The position numbers and the translations under genes were made by a program. From contig DVLO01000022.1 in the NCBI GenBank assembly GCA_018715495.1, positions 13,172 through 77,171 on the forward strand: a DNA stretch of 64,000 nucleotides. Direction: 5' to 3'. Below, one piece after another: positions 27,604 to 37,770 of this stretch (positions are counted from its first letter, which is position 1; every line of letters starts with the position of its first letter). The notes below the pieces were generated by a model, which saw nothing but the letters and a program-made list of their open reading frames with translations, did not search any database and was not told the origin of the DNA. This DNA is from Candidatus Limihabitans stercoravium. GTDB taxonomy: Bacteria; Bacillota; Clostridia; Christensenellales; CAG-314.

Positions 27604-28889
27604 TAAACATAATATCTAATTTTTCATCAGCAATAGGTCAGTTTCTCTACATCTTGTTAGCAATTGCATTGTTGTTGGTGATGGTGCTGATTCACGAATT
27701 CGGACACTATACTGCAGGAAAACTGCTGGGATTTAAGATAAACGAATTTGCGGTAGGCATGGGTCCCAAGATTTTGTCCAAGAAAAAGAAAAACGGCGAA
27801 GTCTTTTCTTTGCGTGCTTTTCCCTTGGGGGGATTCTGTGCTTTTGAAGGAGAAAATGAAGATTCTTCCGAACCTGTTCCCGGTGCATTCAACAATCAAG
27901 CGCCATGGAAGCGCATCATTGTGTTGGTGTCGGGTGCTTTGTTCAACTTCCTTACTGCAGTGGTCTGTATTGTCATTGCTTTTTCAGCATTTGGTGACAC
28001 TGCAGTTTCCGTCGGCAAGGTGTATGAATACTCACCATCTTACACCCAGGGAAAGTTGCAGGAAGGTGACGTATTTTACTCTGTCAATGGAAAGCTCATT
28101 TATCTTGCGGCAGATTTTTCTTCCTATATAAGTGGTAAGGAAACGTTCGATGCGGTTGTAATCCGTGACGGTGAATACGTTGAGGTAAAAGACATCCCAA
28201 TGGGGGAATATCACATTAATTATGTGCAGGCTTCCTCAGCTGACTACGATTTTGGCGATTACAGACCTGAATACGGACATGCTTTGTACAAGATCAACGG
28301 CCAGTTGATTTACGAAGGCGATCAAAAGGACATTGTGTTGAGTTCTATTGAAGATGGTGAAACAATAGAAGTCGTGTTTATTGACAATTACGCCAAGGAG
28401 CACACAATCACAATGACCAAGGCGGATTTTGTCAAGAATATTTCGTGGTACAATCAGTCGTACAAGGGTGTTGGTATTGCAACAAACTACGCCCATGTGG
28501 ACTATACATTCGGTCAGGCTTTATCACGTACTTTCCCGTACTGTTTCAGAGTGGGCGGATTGATTCTTGAAACACTGGGCGGATTGTTTACGGGTGCTGT
28601 CGGAGTAAATGAAATGAGCGGTCCTGTAGGTACAATAGGGCTTACAAGCCAGATCGTGTCAACCGGTATAGGAAACATTTTGTTACTGGTGGCAATCATT
28701 TCTGTGAACCTTGCGGTATTCAATCTGTTGCCTGTTCCTGCACTGGACGGCTGTCAGGTGATTTTCGTAATTATTGAATGGATTCGCAAGAAGCCCATTG
28801 ACAGAAATCTGCAAGGATACATCAACTTTGCAGGACTTGTCTTCATCTTGTTGTTTGCGGTAATGATAGACTTGTTAAAGGTATTTTAG
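27600..28889 (+). CDS. rseP: RIP zinc metalloprotease RseP/RasP (M50, PDZ-containing)
   Basis: HEFGHY zinc site, a PDZ region, and the C-terminal NLLPVPALDG motif. Confidence 0.88.
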   Translation: MINIISNFSSAIGQFLYILLAIALLLVMVLIHEFGHYTAGKLLGFKINEFAVGMGPKILSKKKKNGEVFSLRAFPLGGFCAFEGENEDSSEPVPGAFNNQAPWKRIIVLVSGALFNFLTAVVCIVIAFSAFGDTAVSVGKVYEYSPSYTQGKLQEGDVFYSVNGKLIYLAADFSSYISGKETFDAVVIRDGEYVEVKDIPMGEYHINYVQASSADYDFGDYRPEYGHALYKINGQLIYEGDQKDIVLSSIEDGETIEVVFIDNYAKEHTITMTKADFVKNISWYNQSYKGVGIATNYAHVDYTFGQALSRTFPYCFRVGGLILETLGGLFTGAVGVNEMSGPVGTIGLTSQIVSTGIGNILLLVAIISVNLAVFNLLPVPALDGCQVIFVIIEWIRKKPIDRNLQGYINFAGLVFILLFAVMIDLLKVF

Positions 28890-28890
28890 C

Positions 28891-29937
28891 ATGAGTAAAG
28901 TTGTAAAAGTAGGCGGCGTTGAAATTGGCGGCGGCAATAAGATTGCCATTCAGTCAATGACAAACGTTGCTGTTAAAAACATTGACGCAACGGCGGAACA
29001 GTTCAAGAGACTTCAACTTGCCGGCTGCGATATAGTAAGAGTTGCTGTTCCCGATATGGACAGTGCAAAGGCATTGGTGACGGTAAAGCCTTTTACAACA
29101 ATGCCTGTTGTTGCGGACATTCATTATGACTACAGCCTTGCAATTGCTTCAATGGAACACGGGGCTGACAAGATTCGTATAAATCCCGGCAACATGTCTG
29201 TTGAACATCTTAAGTCGGTTGTGGATTGCGCACGTATGCACAATGTTCCCATTCGAATTGGCGTAAACGGCGGCTCGCCCCACAAAGAGTTTTTGCAAAA
29301 ATACGGTGACAAACAGGCTGCGTTGGTGGAAAGTTTGTTGCATTATACTTCGGTCATTGAAAAAATGGGTTTTAGCGACATTGTTCTATCTGTAAAAAGT
29401 AGTGATGTAACAGAAACAATTGCCGTCAACCGTATTGTTGCTAAAAGGTGTGATTACCCTTTGCACCTGGGAGTTACAGAGGCGGGGCCCTCATATCAGG
29501 GCATCATAAAAAATTCTGTCGGTATCGGCTCATTGCTTGCAGACGGTATCGGAGATACAATCAGAATTTCTTTGACGGATGACCCCGTGGAAGAAGTGCG
29601 TGCGGCAAAAACATTGCTCAATGCGTTAAATCTTGGTGGCGGAGTAACATTTGTGTCCTGTCCTAAGTGCGGTAGATGTCGTATTGATCTTGAAAAATAC
29701 GCAAAGGAAGTATACGATTACGTCAAGGACATTGATTGCAGGCTGAAGATTGCTGTGATGGGCTGCGAAGTGAATGGCATTGGAGAATGCTCTGACGCTG
29801 ATTTGGGTATGGCAGGAGGCAATGGAAAAGTTGCTTTCTTTAAGAAAGGTAAGGTTTTCGCTACCGTAGACGAATGTAACGCTTTGCCATTGTTTTTCGA
29901 CGAAATTGACAAACTTACCAACGAAAAAAGGAATTGA
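28891..29937 (+). CDS. ispG: 4-hydroxy-3-methylbut-2-enyl diphosphate synthase
   Basis: IAIQSMTN, RVAVPD, and the C-terminal [4Fe-4S] Cys residues SCPKCGRC...GCEVNG. Confidence 0.95.
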   Translation: MSKVVKVGGVEIGGGNKIAIQSMTNVAVKNIDATAEQFKRLQLAGCDIVRVAVPDMDSAKALVTVKPFTTMPVVADIHYDYSLAIASMEHGADKIRINPGNMSVEHLKSVVDCARMHNVPIRIGVNGGSPHKEFLQKYGDKQAALVESLLHYTSVIEKMGFSDIVLSVKSSDVTETIAVNRIVAKRCDYPLHLGVTEAGPSYQGIIKNSVGIGSLLADGIGDTIRISLTDDPVEEVRAAKTLLNALNLGGGVTFVSCPKCGRCRIDLEKYAKEVYDYVKDIDCRLKIAVMGCEVNGIGECSDADLGMAGGNGKVAFFKKGKVFATVDECNALPLFFDEIDKLTNEKRN

Positions 29938-29939
29938 AA

Positions 29940-31589
29940 ATGATAGTTGATGTGTTGAAGCAAAAGTTTCCTGATATTGAAGGACTGCGTGTCAGGGATA
30001 TAGTAGTTGACAAGACAAGCAAGCGTATAACTTGCGTTGTCACTACGCCTGTGTTGTCCAAATTGGACTTTGCTTTACGCAACGATATAATCAATGCGGC
30101 AAAAGACTGTCTGCCCAAGGGTTACGTTTCCTACGTTTCCATGAAAAACGATTTGTTTACATCTGTAACATATCGCAACTTTTTTCTGGAAGTTTTAAAG
30201 AAAAGATTTGTTGCAATTTCAAATATCAAAAAAGACAACGTCATTGTCAAGGAACAGCCCGGTAGACACTTCGAAATATCCCTGACGGTAAACCAGGTGC
30301 AAAAAAGCCTGATTGATGAATTGGATTTTATAAACAGATATACTGCCTATAACGACGGTTACACAAGTTACTCCGTCGATATAAACATCACTGTGGTAGA
30401 GCAGGATTTATCCATCGAAATTGCCAATCAGAAGATGTATGAACAACTGGCAATCAGTAAGCATCTCAGCCGTCCGCAAAGATATGTAGCTGTCAGCGAT
30501 TTAAAGGTGCTTGTTGGCAAAAAAATCGGCGGCAAGCCTTGTTACATTTCCGACGTGCGTGAAGCCCGTGACAATTGTGTGTTGTGTGGCGTGGTTTCGG
30601 AAAAGAAGTCAATGAAAGCCAAGAACAATCCCGGTATATACATTACCAAGTTTGTTTTGACAGATATTTCCGAAGCATCAATGCCTGTTGTTGTTTTTAC
30701 AAAATTGCAAACGGAAAATGTTGATGTAATCAAGCAGGCAACCGGAAAAGGTGATGCAGAAGCTCAGACTGTTTCCAAGAAAAATCAGCTCAGCAACGAA
30801 AGAAAAATGAAGATGCTTCTTGGTTTATATGACGGCACGGAAGTGGTAGTATTCGGCAAGGTCGCTAAAAGCAGTTTCAACGGCAATTGGGAGTTGACAG
30901 CACGTGACATTTCGATGTGTCGTATTGTCGGTCAGGACAACTCTTCTACATTGGTGCGTGCTTTGCCTGACAAGTATCTGCTTGTAAAACCTAAAGTTTA
31001 CCAACAATATCGTCAGCAATCGCTCATTGATACTGAAGATGTTCCCGTTCCTTTTGAGTTGTCGGGCAGTATTGTATTTCTTGACATAAACGCTACGGGA
31101 CTAAATCCGTTAAAAGACAAGGTGTTCAAGTTGTGTGCAGTCAAAATGACTAACGGTAAAATTGTTGAAAGTTTGTCCTGTACGTTAAATCCTGAATGCG
31201 ACATTGAACAACGTAAATTGTCGGAATCAAATGTTTCAGTTGAAAAGCTGGTGGTCAGCCCTACCTTGTCGGAAGTGGTAGGTGACTTGTACAAGTTTTG
31301 TCACGGCTGTTCAATTGCATCCTTTAATACAGATAAATTCATGGAAATGATAAAATACTACGCAACGCCTGTAGGTTATATCTTCGACAACAAGTTGATC
31401 AGACTTCCTGATCTGTTGACAAGGCTTTACGACATTGCAGGTGAAAACAAGCGTCCCAACATGACAGTTCTTGCGGAGATTGCCAAGTCGCTGCATGTGC
31501 CGCTTGATTCTCAGACTGATTGCTTTGCAACTGCGATGGTATCGGCAAGATGCGTAAGCGAAATCAGCAAGAAGCGTAGCGATCTGTAA
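29940..31589 (+). CDS. PolC-derived protein: PolC-like N-terminal domain, OB fold and a degenerate DEDD exonuclease-like domain, with no PHP or polymerase domains
   Basis: Sits in the syntenic slot of polC (ispG ... rimP-nusA). The OB-like segment [19 protein letters not shown] resembles the PolC OB domain. The C-terminal domain aligns by eye with the B. subtilis PolC exonuclease ([10 protein letters not shown] vs [23 protein letters not shown] vs [14 protein letters not shown]). ATG 29940 lies 2 nt after the ispG stop. Confidence 0.6.
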   Translation: [549 protein letters not shown]

Positions 31590-31620
31590 TCTCATTCCGA
31601 CACAATTTGTTGTAAAGTGC

Positions 31621-31649
31621 TTGCCAAAGTCAGTGTACTGTGGTATAAT
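31621..31649 (+). promoter_or_regulatory. Putative sigma-A promoter of the rimP-nusA-infB operon
   Basis: TTGCCA (31621-31626), 17-nt spacer, extended -10 TGgTATAAT (31641-31649). Confidence 0.6.
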
Positions 31650-31677
31650 CTAAGTACTGTTAAATCTGTAGTTCGGT

Positions 31678-31712
31678 TTGAGAGTGGAGCTTTCTCCACT
31701 CTCAACTTGTTG
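31678..31712 (+). promoter_or_regulatory. Leader hairpin of the nusA operon (possible attenuator)
   Basis: TTGAGAGTGGAG (31678-31689) pairs perfectly with CTCCACTCTCAA (31694-31705), 12 bp, 4-nt loop. CTTGTTGT follows. Confidence 0.4.
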
Positions 31713-31726
31713 TAAGGAGAATTTAT

Positions 31727-32182
31727 ATGAGTAAAGTTGCAGACAGCGTCAGACAACTTGTAGAACCAATTGCAGGTCAATTCGGTCTTGAAGTTGTCGA
31801 AGTTGTTTACGAAAAGAAGTACGATGGAATGAATCTTACAATTTTCATTGACAAGGACGGTGGCGTCTCCATCGACGATTGTGAAAAACTTCACCGTGCA
31901 ATTGATGAACCCTTGGACGAATTGGACCCTATCAGTGAGTCATATACTCTCAACGTTTCGTCTCTTGGAATAGATCGTCCTTTGAAAACAGACAGAGATT
32001 TCAAACGCAATCTGAACAAAAAGATATCCGTCAAGCTCTACAAAGCTATTGACGGCAAAAAGACATTCAGCGGTGAGCTGATTTCCTACGATGAACAACA
32101 GTTTGTGATCGACACAGGCAAACAACAGCTTACCTTTAACAGACAACAATGCGCTCACATTGAGCCGGTAATCGAATTTTAA
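31727..32182 (+). CDS. rimP: Ribosome maturation factor RimP
   Basis: VEPIAGQFGLEVVEVVYEKK...LTIFIDK is typical RimP. Sits upstream of nusA. Confidence 0.9.
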   Translation: MSKVADSVRQLVEPIAGQFGLEVVEVVYEKKYDGMNLTIFIDKDGGVSIDDCEKLHRAIDEPLDELDPISESYTLNVSSLGIDRPLKTDRDFKRNLNKKISVKLYKAIDGKKTFSGELISYDEQQFVIDTGKQQLTFNRQQCAHIEPVIEF

Positions 32183-32196
32183 GTGGAGGAACACAC

Positions 32197-33297
32197 ATGA
32201 ACAGTAAAGACTTTTTCGCTGCTTTGGAAGATCTTGAAAGAGAAAAAGGTATAAGCAAAGAGACATTTTTACAATCGCTTGAAACAGCATTGTCCATTGC
32301 ATGCAAGAAGAACTTTGGCGAACAATCCAACGTAACAGTCAAGCTCAATCCGGAAAAGGCATCCATCAAGGTTTACATTTCCAAGCAGATCGTGGAAAAT
32401 GTAGAAGTTCCCGAAAAGGAAATTTCTCTGGCAGACGCTCAGTTGGAAAAGAAGTCCTACAAGTTAGGCGACATGTACACCAAGGAAATTTTCCCTCGTG
32501 ACTTCGGACGCATCGCCGCTCAGACTGCACGTCAGGTAATTATGAACAGTCTGCACCAGGCTGAAAAAGACATCACTTACAATCAGTTCCTCGACAAGGA
32601 AAGCGAACTGCTCATCGGCGTCGTTTCCCGTGTAAAGGACGACGGCACAATCTACGTCGAAATCGGCAAAAACCAGATGGAAGGGGTGTTGACCGTTCAG
32701 GAACAGATCCCCGGCGAAAAGTACAGCGCAGGCGATCGTATCAAGGTTCTTGTAAAGCGTGTTCGTGAAAGCAACAGCGGTGCACAGGTAATCTTGTCCC
32801 GTGCAAGTCATCTGTTCATCAAGCGCCTGTTCGAAATTGAAGTTCCAGAAATCCGTTCGGAAATCGTACAAATCAAGGCAATTGTCCGTGAGGCAGGTTT
32901 CCGTACCAAGATGGCAGTGTATTCTACAGATCCCGACATTGATCCTGTCGGTGCATGCGTAGGTAACAAGGGCGTACGTGTAAACTCCATTGTTAACGAA
33001 ATCGGCGGCGAAAAGATCGACATCATTCCTTGGAGCAGCGATATCCTGGACTATATCGCAAGGGCATTGTCTCCTGCGAAGGTTCTGATTGTTCAGGCTA
33101 ACGAAGAAACCAAGGAAGCCAAGGTCATTGTTCCCGATGAAAAGCTGTCGCTTGCTATCGGTAAGGAAGGACAAAACGCACGTCTTGCTGCACGTCTTAC
33201 CGGCTGGAAGATCGATGTCAAGTCCTACACAGCTGCTATGCAAAGCGGTATGTTCGACCATGTAGAAGAAACAGAAGGTGCAACTGATGAACAATAA
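32197..33297 (+). CDS. nusA: Transcription termination/antitermination factor NusA
   Basis: S1 domain and two KH domains ([29 protein letters not shown]; [23 protein letters not shown]). Confidence 0.96.
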   Translation: MNSKDFFAALEDLEREKGISKETFLQSLETALSIACKKNFGEQSNVTVKLNPEKASIKVYISKQIVENVEVPEKEISLADAQLEKKSYKLGDMYTKEIFPRDFGRIAAQTARQVIMNSLHQAEKDITYNQFLDKESELLIGVVSRVKDDGTIYVEIGKNQMEGVLTVQEQIPGEKYSAGDRIKVLVKRVRESNSGAQVILSRASHLFIKRLFEIEVPEIRSEIVQIKAIVREAGFRTKMAVYSTDPDIDPVGACVGNKGVRVNSIVNEIGGEKIDIIPWSSDILDYIARALSPAKVLIVQANEETKEAKVIVPDEKLSLAIGKEGQNARLAARLTGWKIDVKSYTAAMQSGMFDHVEETEGATDEQ

Positions 33298-33556
33298 GCC
33301 CGTTCCTGAAAGAATGTGCGTTGCCTGCCGACAGATGAAGCCCAAGTCACAGCTGATACGAATTGTCCGTGACAAGGCAAGCGGTACTGTATCAATAGAT
33401 ACTACCGGCAAGCAAAACGGCAGAGGTTGTTACCTTTGCAAAAACAAAGAATGTATTAAAAAGTTTTGTAAAATCAAAAATTTTGAAAAAGTGTTGGGTT
33501 TCAACATAGAAGGCGAAATTCTTGCACAGTTGGAGGAATCCGTTGAACAAGATTGA
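33287..33556 (+). CDS. ylxR: YlxR (DUF448) RNA-binding protein
   Basis: PERMCVACRQMKPKSQLIRIV ... GRGCYLC is the hallmark motif. I chose ATG 33287 within the tracked GTG ORF. Confidence 0.85.
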   Translation: MNNKPVPERMCVACRQMKPKSQLIRIVRDKASGTVSIDTTGKQNGRGCYLCKNKECIKKFCKIKNFEKVLGFNIEGEILAQLEESVEQD

Positions 33557-33818
33557 TTCTTACATTGGCTTCAGCCTGAAAAACGGTACTGCAGTAATTG
33601 GTCTTGACAAGATAGAAGTGTGCAGAAAAAGAATTTACCTGATTTTGTACAGTCAGGAACTTAAAGAAAATTCGTTGAAAAAACTTACCAAATACGCTCA
33701 ACAGAGAAACTGTCCAATGATGGTTTACGATTTGTCTTTTTTAAATCGTGGTTGCAAAGCAATTGGTTTGTGCGACGCTAATTTGGCTAATGCCGCTATA
33801 AATGTATACAAGGGTTGA
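33543..33818 (+). CDS. ylxQ: L7Ae-family RNA-binding protein YlxQ
   Basis: Conserved slot between ylxR and inf[18 protein letters not shown] is L7Ae-like. TTG 33543 has a GGAGGA RBS 5 nt upstream. The tracked TTG 33522 is an alternative start. Confidence 0.7.
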   Translation: MNKIDSYIGFSLKNGTAVIGLDKIEVCRKRIYLILYSQELKENSLKKLTKYAQQRNCPMMVYDLSFLNRGCKAIGLCDANLANAAINVYKG

Positions 33819-33831
33819 CAGGGAGGATGTA

Positions 33832-36483
33832 ATGTCAAACACTAATCAACAAAAAACTTTCGATAATATCAAAAATGTACGTGACAGTGTGGGTGCTGCA
33901 GCAAAACAGTTGCAGTCAAATATAGCACAGTTCAAGAAACAGGTTACTGCGCTCAATGAACGTATTGCAAAGCGTGAAGAACAGCTTGTTTCAGGCGTTG
34001 AGCAGGAAGTTGCTGTCAAGACTGCACCCGTCCAGGAACCTGCAGTTGAAAAGACGGAACCTGTTGCTAAACCTGTACCGGAACAAACAGAAAAGGTTGT
34101 AGTTGAAGAAAAGCCTGTAGAAGAGAAGGTACAAAAGAAGGTTGAAGTCAAGAAGACTGAAACCGTTACTCAGCCTGCTGAAAAACCAGTGGAGAAGCAA
34201 CCTGAAAAGCCACAGGGTACAGTAGTTACTACAGTGCGTGAAGGCGGACTGGAAGTAAAGACCTTTACCGACGAAAAGGGTAATGTACGTGTACGTAAAT
34301 TTCTTGATACTTCCTATAAGAAGCCTCAGCCACAGCCTCAACAGCAACCTCAGCAAAGAGACGGACGCTTTGGCAAGGACAAGACAGCACGTGACAACCG
34401 TGGGGGAAAACCCAACGGACAGGGTTCTGCTACGCAACAACGTTTCGAACGCAAACCCTTACCTGATAAGGATCAACCGACAAGACAGCAGGGAAGTACA
34501 TCCAAACCTGCTGCTAAAAAGACATTTGCTCCTGTCGTTGACATTCCACGTCCTTCTGAACAGAAGTCTTTCGGCAACAAAAACAAGACTCACGAACGCA
34601 GTGAAGAAAAGCGTCAACCAAGCAAGAAGAGTCTCATTACACGTAATTACACTCCCGATTACGATGATGAAGACAAGGTTGTTCGTCGTGCAAAGACTAA
34701 GAAAACCGAAGCTGCTAAACCTGTCGTAACTCAGAAGATAACCCATGCTGTTGTAAGCACGCAGGAAGTGCCCATCAAGTTGTTGAGCGAACGTATTGGC
34801 GTTTCCGTATCGGAAATCATCAAGCAATTGTTCAAGGAAAGCATTTTCAAGACAATCAATGACTCTATTGATTTCGATTACGCAGCTTATATTGCAGGTC
34901 TTTACGATGTTACTCTGGAACTCAAAGCTGACAAAACAGCTGATGAAATGCTGGACGCTGACGATGACGGACTTGTAGATGACACTCCACGTCCTCCCAT
35001 TGTCACAGTAATGGGTCACGTTGACCATGGTAAAACATCACTTTTGGATGCTATCAGAAATACCAATGTAACAAGTACTGAATCGGGTGGTATCACTCAG
35101 CACATCGGTGCTTATACGGTTACTGCTCAGGGACAGCAAATTACATTCATTGACACTCCTGGCCACGCTGCGTTTACTGCAATGCGTGCAAGAGGTGCTA
35201 AAATTACCGACGTTGCAATCATAGTTGTTGCGGCTGACGACGGTGTAATGCCACAGACCATTGAAGCAATCAACCATGCCAAGGCTGCAGAGGTTTCAAT
35301 TGTTGTTGCAATCAACAAAATGGACAAACCCGACATCAATGTCGACAGAGTAAAACAGCAACTTGCCGAACTTGATTTGCTTTGTGAAGAATGGGGCGGC
35401 GATACCATCATGGTACCTGTTTCCGCTAAGAAGGGTCTCAATATCGACAAATTGCTGGAAGCAGTGTTGTTGGTAACTGAAATCAAGGAACTCAAGGCTA
35501 ATCCGCTGAAGCGTGCTACAGGTACTGTTCTTGAAGCCAAACTTGACAAGGGCAGAGGCCCTGTTGCAACAGTACTGGTAAGCAACGGTACATTGAAGGT
35601 TGGCGACAGTGTAATTGCAGGCTTTGCAACCGGTAAGATTCGTGCAATGTTTGACGACAAGGGTAAGCGTATCCGTACTGCCGGTCCATCTATTCCTGTT
35701 GAAGTACTTGGTTTCAGTGAAGTTCCTCAGGCAGGCGACTTCCTGCATGTAGCAGATGAAAAACTTGTTAAAAAGGCAGCTGAAGAACGTAAGAATCGTC
35801 AGAAAATCGAATCGGCACGTCAGTCACAGACTGTTACATTGGGCGATTTGTTCGGACGTATTTCAGAAGGTCAGTTGAAGACTTTGAACCTCATCATCAA
35901 GACAGACGTTCAGGGTAGTTTGGAAGCCTTGAAGTCAAGTTTGCAAAAACTTTCAAATGATGAAGTTCGTGTTTGCCCCATCCATGGTGGTGTAGGCGCA
36001 GTCAATGAAACAGATATCATGCTTGCCCGTGCATCTAACGCAATCATTATCGGATTTAACGTAAGAGCTGATGCCAATGCTAAGGTAACAGCTGAACGTG
36101 AGGGCGTGGACGTAAGACTGTACAACGTAATTTACGACGCAGTAGACGACGTAACTGCAGCTATGAAGGGTATGCTTGCTCCCAAGTTCAAGGAAACTGT
36201 TGTCGGTAGCATTGAAGTGCGTGAAGTATTCAAGATTACCGGTGTCGGTGCTGTTGCAGGTGCTTACGTAACTTCAGGTAAGGCTGTAAGAAACGGCAAG
36301 GTACGCATTTATCGTGATGATATCAAGATTTATGAGGGCAACATTCTTGCATTGAAGCGTTTCAAGGATGATGTCAAGGAAGTTGCTGCAGGTTACGAAT
36401 GTGGTGTGTCTGTTGAAAACTACAACGACATCAAGGTTGGCGACGTATTTGAAATTTATCAGATGGAAGAAATTAAAGAATGA
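33832..36483 (+). CDS. infB: Translation initiation factor IF-2
   Basis: Low-complexity K/E/P/Q-rich N-terminus, then GTPase motifs [21 protein letters not shown] and NKMD. GGGAGGA RBS precedes ATG 33832. Confidence 0.96.
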   Translation: MSNTNQQKTFDNIKNVRDSVGAAAKQLQSNIAQFKKQVTALNERIAKREEQLVSGVEQEVAVKTAPVQEPAVEKTEPVAKPVPEQTEKVVVEEKPVEEKVQKKVEVKKTETVTQPAEKPVEKQPEKPQGTVVTTVREGGLEVKTFTDEKGNVRVRKFLDTSYKKPQPQPQQQPQQRDGRFGKDKTARDNRGGKPNGQGSATQQRFERKPLPDKDQPTRQQGSTSKPAAKKTFAPVVDIPRPSEQKSFGNKNKTHERSEEKRQPSKKSLITRNYTPDYDDEDKVVRRAKTKKTEAAKPVVTQKITHAVVSTQEVPIKLLSERIGVSVSEIIKQLFKESIFKTINDSIDFDYAAYIAGLYDVTLELKADKTADEMLDADDDGLVDDTPRPPIVTVMGHVDHGKTSLLDAIRNTNVTSTESGGITQHIGAYTVTAQGQQITFIDTPGHAAFTAMRARGAKITDVAIIVVAADDGVMPQTIEAINHAKAAEVSIVVAINKMDKPDINVDRVKQQLAELDLLCEEWGGDTIMVPVSAKKGLNIDKLLEAVLLVTEIKELKANPLKRATGTVLEAKLDKGRGPVATVLVSNGTLKVGDSVIAGFATGKIRAMFDDKGKRIRTAGPSIPVEVLGFSEVPQAGDFLHVADEKLVKKAAEERKNRQKIESARQSQTVTLGDLFGRISEGQLKTLNLIIKTDVQGSLEALKSSLQKLSNDEVRVCPIHGGVGAVNETDIMLARASNAIIIGFNVRADANAKVTAEREGVDVRLYNVIYDAVDDVTAAMKGMLAPKFKETVVGSIEVREVFKITGVGAVAGAYVTSGKAVRNGKVRIYRDDIKIYEGNILALKRFKDDVKEVAAGYECGVSVENYNDIKVGDVFEIYQMEEIKE

Positions 36484-36836
36484 GTAACAGAACAGAAAAA
36501 CTCAATTCGGAGTTCAAACGCTATATTTACGATTTGCTGACAAAAAAAGTCAAGGATCCACGTATTACTGAGATGTTTACAATCCTAAACGTGGACTGTG
36601 ACAGGGAATTGTCTACAGCAAGGGTTTACGTCAGTATCTATTCCACTGATGTAAACCGTGCTGCCCAGACGTTTTCGGCTATTTGCGACAGTGAACCGTT
36701 TATTCGTCAGCAGATTTCCCGACTTATGCACATACGCACCGTTCCTGAATTCAGATTCATTTTGGACGAATCACTGGCATACAGCCAAAAAATCAATGAG
36801 ATTTTAAATGAAATACTGCCAAAAGACAACAATTAA
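36480..36836 (+). CDS. rbfA: Ribosome-binding factor A
   Basis: [17 protein letters not shown]...DPRI...V...[10 protein letters not shown] matches RbfA. The start overlaps the infB stop. Confidence 0.92.
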   Translation: MSNRTEKLNSEFKRYIYDLLTKKVKDPRITEMFTILNVDCDRELSTARVYVSIYSTDVNRAAQTFSAICDSEPFIRQQISRLMHIRTVPEFRFILDESLAYSQKINEILNEILPKDNN

Positions 36837-37770
36837 ACAGTGCTACGAAGTACTGAAAAGTGCCAATACTGTAGCGATTTTTGCCCACACCAGACCTGAC
36901 GGTGACACAGTGGGGGCATGCGTCGGTTTGCGCTTTTTACTGGAAAAAATGGGTAAAACCTGTCATATGTTCTGCGATACGGCTTTGGGTAATTCGTTCA
37001 AACGGTTTCCTGAGGCTGTTTTTGCCGATTCGATCCCAACCGATGTCAAATTTGATTTGTATGTCGCTGTTGACTGCGGCGACTTACTCAGGACCGGTAT
37101 ATTTGCCACTCAGTTTGACCGATTTAACAACACAATGGTCATTGACCATCATTGTGGTGAACCCTACGCCAAGTATAACTGCCTGATGCCGTATGCAAGC
37201 ACGTGCGAAATGGTGCTGGATTTATACGACATTGCAGGTATTGTTCCTGACAATGTTCCAGCTACCTACTTATATTTGGGACTGTGCACCGATACTGGGA
37301 ACTTTTCTAATTCAGCAACGGATCAGCACGCATTTTTAGCTGCTGCCAAACTTGTGGGAGCGGGCGCAGATATACAGAAAATATCGTTGGACTTTTTCCG
37401 TAATACAACATTTGCCGAAAACAAACTTCTTGCTGTAGCACTTAAAAACATGCGCAGTTACTTTGATGGAAAGTTGATTCTCACGTACGTATTGCGCAGC
37501 GATCTTGAGCAATTGGGGCTAGCTGATTCATCCACGGCAGGTTTCGTGCAGTATGCAATAAACTGCGAAACGGCGAAGATGGGCGTTTCACTTGTTGAAC
37601 ATGCAAATAATGTTTTTAAGGTGAGTACACGTGGTAAAGAATTTGATGTTCGCAGTATTTGTACTGCATTTGGTGGTGGCGGACATCTTTATGCTTCCGG
37701 GTGTATGATAAGCGGATTTTTGGAAGACGTCATAGAAAAAATTGTTCGAGAGGCGTCCTTTACTATATGA
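36808..37770 (+). CDS. nrnA: DHH/DHHA1 phosphoesterase (NrnA-type oligoribonuclease / pAp phosphatase)
   Basis: HTRPDGDTVGA, DCGD, IDHH and GGGGHLYASG motifs. Confidence 0.8.
   Translation: MKYCQKTTIKQCYEVLKSANTVAIFAHTRPDGDTVGACVGLRFLLEKMGKTCHMFCDTALGNSFKRFPEAVFADSIPTDVKFDLYVAVDCGDLLRTGIFATQFDRFNNTMVIDHHCGEPYAKYNCLMPYASTCEMVLDLYDIAGIVPDNVPATYLYLGLCTDTGNFSNSATDQHAFLAAAKLVGAGADIQKISLDFFRNTTFAENKLLAVALKNMRSYFDGKLILTYVLRSDLEQLGLADSSTAGFVQYAINCETAKMGVSLVEHANNVFKVSTRGKEFDVRSICTAFGGGGHLYASGCMISGFLEDVIEKIVREASFTI

Noticed and set aside
33991-34440. Repetitive codons for [11 protein letters not shown] and KPV/EKP in infB, considered as a possible tandem-repeat locus.
   Set aside because: This is typical species-variable linker composition of the IF-2 N-terminal domain. 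The repeats are imperfect and in frame.
34283-34729. 148-aa + strand alternative-frame ORF, and other overlapping ORFs, inside the 5' third of infB.
   Set aside because: They lie within the low-complexity K/E/P/Q-rich N-terminal region of IF-2, where repetitive codons keep alternative frames open. The IF-2 frame is continuous into the conserved GTPase domain.
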